From positions 2,776,882 to 2,840,881 of the forward strand of contig JAWQFM010000001.1 in assembly GCA_033442325.1 (NCBI GenBank): 64,000 nt of DNA. Reading direction: 5' to 3'. Both the position numbers and the translations under genes were made by a program. A model generated the notes under the pieces. It was given only the letters and a program-made list of their open reading frames with translations, made no database searches and was not told the origin of the DNA. The stretch is from Salpingoeca rosetta. Lineage: Eukaryota > Protista > Choanoflagellata. The number at the start of each line of letters is the position of its first letter. Positions within the stretch are counted from its first letter, which is position 1. Shown here one piece after another: positions 51,695-64,000 of the stretch.

Positions 51695-53077
51695 ACAATG
51701 CACAATGCACATACAACGCACACGCCCGCACACACACACACACACTTTTCCCAAATTGCAGCCTTTGACTCGTGGCAGACCGCCTGCATTTACACGAGCG
51801 AGCCCGTGCCTCCAAACAGGTGTGCACACATCTGCATACAGCTGCTGCACCATGCACTTTACCTGCGTTTGCCCGCCATCATTTCCACCCCTTTGTATTT
51901 TTTTTTGCGACGGTCACGGTCATGTCATACCACGACAAACGCCCCAATGTTGCTTGCGATCTGTTCAACTTTCATTCGCTTTTCGCCGCTCACCATCACC
52001 ATGTCATTGCTCTCGCACCACCACATCACATCGCCGCCGCCATCGCATCACTGCATCAGCACGGATAACGGCCACTGCGGCGCTGCCCCCGGCTGGTCCG
52101 ACTGCTCCCGTGCGTACTCTTTTTGTCCCTCGCTGAACTGGGCTTGGCTCCTCTTGCAATCTGTCTTGGTTTGTGCTGCGGTTTGTCATGCATTTGTGTG
52201 TTTACTGTTGTCGTCTGCTTTCTGCGACATGAATACAAGCACACGTGGCTCCTCTCACGCGTGTCCCCTCCTCAAATGTTTTGTTCTGCTGTTCTCTCAG
52301 GCCACCTTGACAAGTGCACCACGAAACAGATGCCGCAGATGGTCAACGTGAGTGTTACAGCTCGTTTGTGCTGTTTGTGCTGTTTGTTTGTGTGTTGTGT
52401 GGTGCTGTTTGTTTGTTTGTGTGTTGTGTGGTGCTGTTTGTTTGTTTGTGGTGTTTGTGGTATTTGTGTGTGTGTGTGTGTGCGTGTGTGTTGTTTCCAA
52501 ATTGGTGACGCATTCAGCTCTCATCCCCAACGCAAGCTCTGACTCACACCTCCCACATTGTTGTGTTGTTTTGTTGACAGTATGAGACTGTGTTTTTGAA
52601 CACAATTCGGGCCATTGATACGTACAACAACACCGGTTCGTTCGTGCGCCGCGCATGTGGTTTGGGGTGGGCGCGCTTGCATATGCAAGTGACAATCAAA
52701 ACCACCAAATGCGAACGCAATCGTGACGACAGAAGAAGCTGCTCCCTTCCCTCTGCCTCTCAAGTCACCCTGGGCTTACCCGCTCTTTCGTGTTACGTGT
52801 GGTTTTTTGTTTTGTCTGCAGGCAACGGCGCTTTTCTCTACAGCTGCCACACCCATTGCGCTGGACAGACAAGTGCCTACAACAAGTTCAAGGTGGGCGC
52901 GGGCGTGGATGTGTGCGTGTGTGTGTGAATTTGTCTGTTGTGTGTATGTTTGTTCGTGTGTGTGTGTGTATTTTCGCACAGTTGTGCGTGAGAGCAATTA
53001 ACTGCGTGTCGCAGCAACTCACACGCACACATGCCTTCTGTTGTCACACTTCTTTCCTCAAGCTCACAATTGCTCAA

Positions 53078-53115
<38 letters not shown>

Positions 53116-53336
53116 CACTCTACACCACACACACACACACATACACACACACACGCACGCACGCACGCACGCACATCGCCGTTGCGTGACTGCAGATCAA
53201 CGGCGTGACGATGCAGGAGGCCGTGTCGCAGTGGTGGCGCTCAGACACATCGACACCGGCCAAGAAGAGCACGCGTGAACCATGCGTTCTCAACACTCAA
53301 GCGCCGTACGAGTGCAACCCTTCATGCTCTGCTTGA
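48032..53336 (+). CDS. Secreted pectin acetylesterase / Notum-family carboxylesterase
   Basis: Signal peptide [65 protein letters not shown]; nucleophile motif LLTGCSAGG; NSAFDSWQ (Asp); SCHTHC (His). All exons splice in phase. TGA at 53334-53336. Confidence 0.92.
49195..49804. mobile_element. 610-bp insertion with 16-bp flanking direct repeat (putative target-site duplication) in intron 49038-50012
   Basis: ACACACTTACTCACTC occurs at 49179-49194 and 49805-49820. The interior has no microsatellite, is about 47% GC by hand count and is TpA-rich, unlike the host sequence. No TIR, LTR, poly(A) or transposase is visible. Confidence 0.65.
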
Positions 53337-53686
53337 ATGCTTCCCAGTCCATGACAGTGAACTCAGCATCGTCTCCCACTTCCCTTTCCCCTCTTGCTTG
53401 TTTCTTTGTTGCCTTGCTTGCTTGCTTTGTTCATTGCACTTGGCGTTGTTCTCGCCTCCCTCATGGTTCCCTGAGCCTCGTGTGTTGTTGATGCGACTCT
53501 GGCTCTTCTCCTCTCCCTCGCGCTGAACCCGCCGTGTAGTCGCCACGCACATTGTTCACCTCCCGATTGCTGTTTGCATCCGCATTGACATCCATTCATC
53601 CAAAGACTTCAAGTGGTCGGTTCTATGAGCGCGAATAGCAATGTGTTCACTCCAGTCCCAAAGGGACTTGCGTTCAAACACAGACA

Positions 53687-53755
<69 letters not shown>

Positions 53756-54022
53756 GGGTGACAGCAGGCCATGTCGATTCGACTAAGTGAAGGATAACTC
53801 ATGATATTACGGGTGAAAATTGGAGAAGAAAGGGTCGCATACACACACATTCAGGCACATGTTCATACATATGGACAGGCAAAGAAGGCGCCATCGACTG
53901 TGCAGTGGACGGATATGGGGAGGGGAAACAAGCAGATGAGACAGACGCGCGAGCGGCTTTGTGTGCACGTGAGGAAGCTGGATGGGCGAGCGCGTGTGAA
54001 ACGATGCAGGCCACAGCCGCAC

Positions 54023-54128
54023 TCATTTGCGATGGGGATGTGAACGTTTCTGTCAATTACAGAGCGGTTGATGTGAGAAACAGCCCAAATAAAAAGGATT
54101 GGATGGTTGGCAGAACTGCGCGGACGAT

Positions 54129-54200
<72 letters not shown>

Positions 54201-57200
54201 GCGTACATGCACATACATACAATCTGATCTGGACGTGCAAACTCCAACCAACAGATGGACGCACCTGTGTTGAAGCGTTGAGGTGCGAGCGCTGCCGCTG
54301 CGCGTATCCTCCGTTTGATTTGAGGTTCGTCGCCTGGCGTGAGCCCTTGCTGTTGATGGCGGGAAGCCGGCCCGTGCCTGCAAGCACGATAAAGCAAAAT
54401 GAAAAAAAAAAAAAAACCAATGTGAGCAAGTAGAACGTGCAGGCGCGCGACATCAGAGCCTGGTCGATGAGGGGGAATGCATCTTCAAGTGAAAGTTGTT
54501 GCACGCATCGACCCGCTCACAAACGCATGCACATGGCTTGTACACCCGAAGAAGTGGAAAAAGAAGCAGAAGAGAAACCAGCACACACATACCCGCACAC
54601 ACACACGCACGCACATGCATGCACGCACACACATACATGCACGCACACGCACACGCAGACACACACGCACACGCACACACCAGTGCGCGTGTGTTGTCGT
54701 CGCTTGTCGTGTCCGCGAAGACCTTCAAGTGTGCGGTCCTTTTCCCGCTCAGCAGCAGCCAGCTGCCGCATCACAGACGCAAGCTGCATGGGAGAACAGG
54801 ACAGGTTGGAAGAGGCAGCAGAGTGGTGAATGAAAAGGAACACACACACACACACACACGCACGCACACACACACAAGCACAGAAACGCGCACTTTAGTC
54901 TCAAGTTCGTCGACGCGGCGCTGCGCAGACTTGGCGCGATCGCGCTCTCGTTCCAGTTCACGCACGCGCGCCTGAAGGTGCGTGGCCTGCTCACCAGAAC
55001 AGATGCACAGCGCGAAGAAACGGTCAGTGTTTGAAATGACCCGAGACAAATGAAAAACAACCCCGATGGTGATGACGATGAGAGAGAGAGAGAAAGACGG
55101 AGGGCCAACACACACAGACATAGACACACAGACACACATGCACGCAACACACGCACGCACACACACACACACACACAGGGACACACACACACACAGGGAC
55201 ACACACACACACACACGCACCTGCGCCACGGCGGCGTCACGTTCTTGCTTGAGAGCAGATACGCTGTCGTTGTCCTCGGTGTCACCACGATCAATAGCGG
55301 GCGAAGCTGTCTCATGCCGATCCCCTTGCACAACATCGATGTTTGCAAGCATGGCGTTTCTCGTGTCAGCAATGCTTCCCTTCACCTTATGGGACTGAGA
55401 CATCTTCTCTCTGGACGGGGACAGGCGTGTGCGGGCGCTTGACGGCGACAAGTGGCGTGGAGACGCGGCTTTTCTCCTCCCCAACTCGGCTCCATCGTGA
55501 CCATCACCATCACCCCTGCCATCCTCATCGTGATAAGCGTCGCCGCGGCCGCCACCCGATGAGCTCGTGTGCGGCTGGTCATCGCCAGCGCCATCATTAC
55601 CGCGTGATTGACTCCTTCGTGCTGTCCTTCGTCTCGATTGCGTCATGCTGGCACCACCGTTTCCGCCCTCTTCACGCGTCTTCGAAACGCTCCTACGCCT
55701 GCTCCTCCCTCGTGTGCCTGTCTGGCTGCTGTACCCATTACTGCCGTGCGTCCTTGCATGGTTGCCGTGGCTGTTGCTTCGACTTCGCCCGTGCGTGCGT
55801 GTGTGCGCTTGGTTCTGCCGACCGCTGCTGTCTGCTCGCACATCAACTGGCGATTTCTTGCTCTTGTGCATGGCCGCATATGACCCACCACCACCACCAT
55901 TACCGCCGCCGTTGCTGCTACTGCTGCGGCGGCTTCTCCCTTTGCTCTTGCTCTGGTGTACGCTGCTGTCGCTGTTGTGATCATCAGCCGGCTGCCCCTC
56001 GCCCCGCGCTGCCCTGCTCTTCCTGGACTTTGCGTCGTCTCGCGTGCTGCTGCTATGTGCCGCCGTGTCCATGGGTTCGGTTTTGCTTCGTCCACTCTTC
56101 TTCAAGTCCGCCTGCACGAGAGTATGAGTGAGTGTGAGTGAGTGTGTGTGGTTGTGAATGTGTGTGTGTTAGTTAGTGTGTGTGTGTTGGTGTGTGATTG
56201 TGTGTGTGTGTGTTAGTTAGTGTGTGTGTGTGTTGGTGTTAGTTAGTGTGTGTGTGTTAGTTAGTGTGTGTGTGTGTTGGTGTGTGATTGTGAATATGTG
56301 TGTTAGTTAGTGTGTGTGTGTGTGTTGGTGTGTGATTGTGAATATGTGTGTTAGTTAGTGTGTGTGTGTTAGTTAGTGTTTGTGTGTGTGAGTGAGTGAG
56401 TGAGTGAGTGAGTGAGTGAGTGAGTGAGTGAGTGAGTGTGTGAGTGTGTGCGCGCGCGCTGATTTGTATGCGTGCACCAATGCCATGTGTTGCAAGGCAC
56501 CAACCTTTCTCGACTGGCGGGTGAGGCGGGTACCGAGCGGTGTGCTCGCGTGCCGTCGGACAGCAGGGGATAGTGATGGGTCGCTGGTGGTTGGAAGGAA
56601 GACGCAAGTTGGATGGTAGCGATGGAGGGATAGGAGGTGAATGCATGATGTGAGTACATGGATGGTGTGGGCGTTGTGTGCGTGGAGAGACAAGAGCTTG
56701 GTGTATGTCAGGACGTGAAAGCGACAATACCACACAGTTGTATCGTGCGGCAACAACAGCAGTGAAATAAGCAGCTACCCACATGCACACACACACATAC
56801 GTCTCACGATCGGTGTGAGAGAGTGTTTTTGTTCTGGGAAAATAAATTGCCGGTTCCTGAACATGTCCGTGAGCAAGAAATGTGCAGGCAGTGAGCAAGA
56901 AACCCCGGGAAACCCAGGGGGGGGGGGGTACATGTACAAGCCGCAGACAGCGGTACAAAGCCATATGCAAGTCAATGCATGCACACATCGTACGACATGC
57001 GCAACACACACGCACACACATACACACACGTACACACACACGCAACATGGATTTTACCGAGAGCGGGCCCATGAGGGAGGCTGGCGCTTCCCGTGCGAGT
57101 GCATATGCGAGCGGTGTTTGTCCCATCTTATCGGTCTTGCACGGGTGGGCCTGTTCATAACGGCGCAGAAATGGGCAAGAACAGATTCACGTGAGCTTGT

Positions 57201-60200
57201 GTGTGTGTGGGGGGGGAGAAGGAGAGAGAGAGAGAGAGGGAGGGAGAGAGGGAGGGAGGGAGGGAGAGAGAGAGAAAGAGAGAGAGAGAGACACACACAC
57301 ACACAGACAGACAGAGACAGAGAGACACACACACACACATAGTGTGTGTGCGCGCATGCGCGCGAGAATGCCCGTGTGTGCATACAGCATCCATGAGTGT
57401 CAGACACGTGTGTGATTTGGGCATGTCACGTACGCCAAAGGAGAGAAGGGTGGTAGTTGCCTTGTCCTGACAAGCAGCCGCCGCCCAGTGCAGCGCCGTG
57501 CGCCCGTTTGGATCAGCAGCGTCAATCTTGATGGAGGGAACACGACACAGCACCTGCGATGCGCGGTACGATGGGCAAGTGGTGCAGGGACATGAGCATG
57601 GAGGGAAGACGTAGCAGCGATGTTAGAGAAGCACGCATATGTACACAAGGGCACACACACACACAACACAGCACAACACACACAAACACATGCACACCTT
57701 GAGGACGTTGTGGTGGCCGGCGGCAGCAGCGAGATGGATGGAGGCGAGTCCTTGCTTGTCACGCTGGTTGATGCGCGCTGCAGACTTGCTGCTCCATTGC
57801 ATCGCAAGAACAGTGACAGACACACCGCATGATACACGTGCGTGAGTTGATCGACAAAACAAGCAGCGTCAGCACGCAGTGTGATGACCACGACAAACAA
57901 TGCACTTGACAAAATCGATCCACGCGTGAAAGCACTTCAGTGCTTCAGGTGCATCTGGTTGCATGCACGTGCGCCGGATGAGTGGTGTCGTGCACACACT
58001 CACCTTTCCAGGAGGTAGGTGACACACATGGGATCACCATTCTGGGCCGCCCAATGCAGCGGCGTCTTTCAACGAGGAGCAAGCACAACACACAGCCACA
58101 ACACACACAGCCACAATACACACACACACACACACAGCCACACACAGAGCAGGAGTGGAGGAGTCCGTGAGCTGATACGAGCACGTGAATGGCGGGGGGA
58201 AGAGCAGAGGAGTAATGTAACCAAACACAAGGAGAGGGAAAAACCAACCCAAACACTACAAATGCTTGCAGGCAGGCAAGCATGCATGCAAGCGACCAAA
58301 CTGGCAAGTTCCCTCAGTTCTGTACCTTCTTGTCAACATCGAGAGCATCCTCACTCGCGCCGCGCAGCAGCAGCATGGCGACGTGTTGTGGCTGGCGGTA
58401 GTAGCAGGCCCAATGCAGCGGCGTCATCTGATCCCCATCCTGATGGCGCCACGGGCACATGCACACCACAGAATACATGCATGCACAGGCACATGTACAG
58501 GCAAGCGGACAAACGCAAGTATTCCCGCAAACGAGTGTGTGATTGAGGGTGACGTTGGGTGCTGTGTATACATTGGTATTGTTGCATGTGTTGGTTCACG
58601 CTGGGGATGATGGCGTGCAGCACGCGTATGCGGTCACCTTTGCGTTGATGTAGTTCTTGATGGGTGCTTTGAGCAATTCCATTGCACATCTGCAGTCGCA
58701 GTGAGCACGAGCGGGCGAAAGGATAAGGCGACGCGTTACAGAAAGGCAGAGAGGCATTTTCGCGCGCATGCAAACAGCTGAGAGCTTACACACACAGAGA
58801 GTAAACAGTCGATACACCACACAGCACGTGCACACATGCAGGACTGTGCACCAACTTGATGTTTGAGCATCGTGTGGCGTGGTGCAGTGGTGTGCGCCCG
58901 TTTGCATCGCGAACACTCGGCTTGGCGCCTGGGGGTTGGCCAGGGGTATTGATTGTGTGTATGTATGTATGTATGTATGTATGTATGTATGTATGTATGT
59001 ATGTATGTATGTATGTATGTATGTATGTATGTATGTATGTATGTATGTATGTATGTATGTATGTATGTATGTATGTATGTATGTATGTATGTATGTATGT
59101 ATGTGTGTATGTATGTGTGTGCATGTGTGCATGTGTGCAAGTCCATGCCGACATGGGTGTTCGCAAGCTGTTGAGCCCCAAGCAAAGCACCCCTCAGCGT
59201 GAATGCATGGCGTTGAAGCAGGCGAACCGATGGCAAACGAACCAGCGCCAAGCAGCGTCTTGACCAAAGGAAGATGATCACCAATAACGGCATGATGCAA
59301 CGCCGTGAGGCCCTCGGCATCTGTAGTGTTCAATCGTACGCGTGCCTGCAAGCAAGACATTCAGAGGATGGGAGGAGTGAGATGGACGATTAAAAATGCA
59401 ACACCTGCGCTTTGCAGATGTGCAGAACAACAAACGCGTGCATGAGTGCGTCTCCCTCCTTGTGTCACTCCTTCACAATCTTGCTTCCCAATCACACACA
59501 CACACTCACTCACTCGCTCGCTCGCTCACACATACATACCACACATATACACACACACACTCACTCACTCACGCACTCACTCACACACACCACACATATA
59601 CACACACTCTCTCTCTCACTCACTCACTCGCACATACACACACGATACGCAAACATGCGGTATTCTTTGTGAGACAATGCACACATGTGCAGGAGAGCAC
59701 TGCTTCGCGCACCCGAATGAGCATGTTTACGGCGTCGGTGTGGTTGTTGACCACGGCATACATGAGAGGCGTCTTTTGCTGGTCATCCTGTTGAAGATGC
59801 ACGCGCACAAGCGGCAAACATGCAACTGAGTGACCAAGGGTTGACATGATGAACACAGCCATGCCAGCTACAGCCATGCCAGCTATCCACGTGACCACAC
59901 AGCCAGGCAACTGAAGCCATCGTGGTTATGTGCGTGCACCTGCTTGTTGATGAGGCGAGGTCGCTGGGAGCACAGGAACTTGAGCATCTTTGCATCGCCT
60001 ACAGCAGCAGCAAAGTGCGCTGTCACACGGTCACGCATTTGCATACATATGTATATCCACACGTGAGACGATGCGAGCGATGGCATGGGGGGAACTGATG
60101 TATGGGCCTGGGTAGCGCATGAATTGAGTGCAAGCCATGACATGGACGAATTGGCTTACCTTCAAGGTTCTGCTGCGCATACCACTCGCGCTGGTGAGCG

Positions 60201-61045
60201 AGAGCCGCCTGCTGTTGGATCTGTTGGAATTGGGACGCGCATGAGAGCGAAGAACGCGAAGAGGAGACACGCTCGCTTGCATCAGTCAACTCACACCGCT
60301 TGCTTGGTCATCCAACGGTCACAACCCACAAACACACACCCACACCCACACCCACACCCACACCCACACACCCACACACCCACGCACACACGCACGCACG
60401 CACCTCGGCGGCGTGTTGCATGCTTGCAGCCTGGTGGTAGCGCTGTATCAATTGCTCCTGCAGTGTTTGGCGCCCATCATTCTGTTCTCCATGTGTAGTG
60501 TGTGACACAAAGAAGAGGGTCGGCCAACCCAGCAAGGTTGCATGTGATTCGGACGTGAGCGGCAGGTGTTGCACACTGCGTACACGGTACAGCGTGACCA
60601 CAGTTTCAACGCTTGTTGTCTACAGTTCGCTCCACGAGGAGCGAAGCCATGCGTGAGAGATCCCGCTCCCTATCACACACACGCACACATACGCACACAC
60701 ACTCGCATACGCACACACAAACAAACAATCTCACTCTCTCTCACTCTCACACACACACACGCACACAGAGTGCGTCCAGCATCAAGACAAGCTCACCGCC
60801 AGCCAGGTGTTCTCAACACTTGGCTGCTGCTCTTGTTGTTGAGATTGTTGTTGATGTCCGTACTGTTGATGTTCATACTGCTGCTGTTGTTGTTGATGGT
60901 AGGCTTCTTGTTGATCCCATCCTGTCGCAGCATCATGGCCGGCATCGTGTCCATATTGGTGCTGGTGGCGATGATATGCGGCCGAGTCATCTGCGAGCGG
61001 GTCGTCGTAACGCCCGTCTGCTTGCATGATGGTTGCCGATTGCAT
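54023..61045 (-). CDS. Ankyrin-repeat protein (about 9 repeats; inversin/ANKRD55-like layout) with low-complexity and coiled-coil C-terminus
   Basis: Repeats TAHFAAAVGD, KTPLMYAVVNNH, GLTALHHAVIGDH, GRTPLHHA, MTPLHWAC, LHWAAQNGD, GLASIHLAAAAGH, GRTALHWAAA and GQTPLAYA lie on successive short exons. C-terminal exons encode RVRELERERDRAKSAQRRVDELETK. Both ends are approximate. Confidence 0.8.
56140..56440. repeat. Compound GT/GTTA minisatellite (about 46-48 bp units) followed by (GAGT)n
   Basis: TTAGTTAG(TG)nTTGGTGTGTGATTGTGAATATGTGTG is repeated at about 56257 and 56303, with degenerate copies upstream. Confidence 0.75.
58959..59103. repeat. (GTAT)n tetranucleotide microsatellite (about 36 units)
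   Basis: Read directly from the sequence; in an intron of the ankyrin gene. Confidence 0.95.
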
Positions 61046-61436
61046 GCAGCATGTGGAGAAGCGTGGATGGGGGAGGGCGCTGCCTGCTTGCGGCACTTGT
61101 GTGACAGAGACAGGGTGCAAGGCAACAAGTCCCACAACATCAACGACACAAGCGAGGCAAGGCAGCAGCAGTTGCCAAGTCGTCCAATATCCACTACGAT
61201 TTATGGTGTCGTGTTACAGAAATGGTTCGCCCGAACAACCCACCATCGTCGTTCATCGTTCCACCGGCCGGTTCTTTCCATCCATTATGTTCATTTTCGT
61301 CTGGTTGTAAAACGTAATGTACCATAACGACGACGACAACAGCAGGTCGACAGAAGCGCAAAGGAGGCAACTGACATGATGGGTGGGTAACGTGATGATA
61401 TGGTAGAAGGGGTGCCAGTTCGCTCAGCGACACTGG

Positions 61437-63810
<2,374 letters not shown>

Positions 63811-64000
63811 TGGTCGTGGAAGGGGAGGAGAGCGGGTTCACCGACACATGACGACACATGATGCGCGTGCAGGTAGGGTGAGCAGCAGCATCGTCAGCAG
63901 GCAAAAGCTGAACAATTACACGCATGCTGCTAGCTGCAGGCAAGTGTTCAGCTGCATCTACGCAAACACTAAACCGCAAGAGCGAGAGGCAGAAAAGGGC

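Noticed and set aside
56140-56390. TTAG-containing repeats as interstitial telomere
   Set aside because: The units are GTTA/GT-derived, not TTAGGG arrays.

Overview
Intron-rich eukaryotic genomic DNA with GC-rich exons and (CA)n/(GT)n-filled introns. Its style and gene content fit a unicellular holozoan such as the choanoflagellate Salpingoeca (inference only). Manual splicing supports about 12 protein-coding genes: the 3' end of CPSF3/CPSF73 (+), a cytohesin-like gene lacking the catalytic half of Sec7 (+), a full-architecture CBP/p300 acetyltransferase (-), a small putatively N-acylated protein (-), SNAPC3 (+), importin beta-1 (-), an intronless Stf0/NodH-like sulfotransferase (+), a CaMKI-like kinase (-), a large double-PWWP protein (-), a secreted Notum/pectin-acetylesterase-family hydrolase (+), an ankyrin-repeat protein (-) and the 3' part of a zinc-knuckle/polyQ gene (-). 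Most long ORFs in the supplied track are microsatellite artefacts. The most anomalous stretch is a 610-bp, microsatellite-free, ~47% GC insert (49195-49804) inside an intron of the Notum-like gene. It is flanked by a perfect 16-bp direct repeat and has no TIR, LTR or poly(A) tail, so it is a candidate unclassified insertion element, or else foreign or mis-assembled DNA. There is one 100-N assembly gap.
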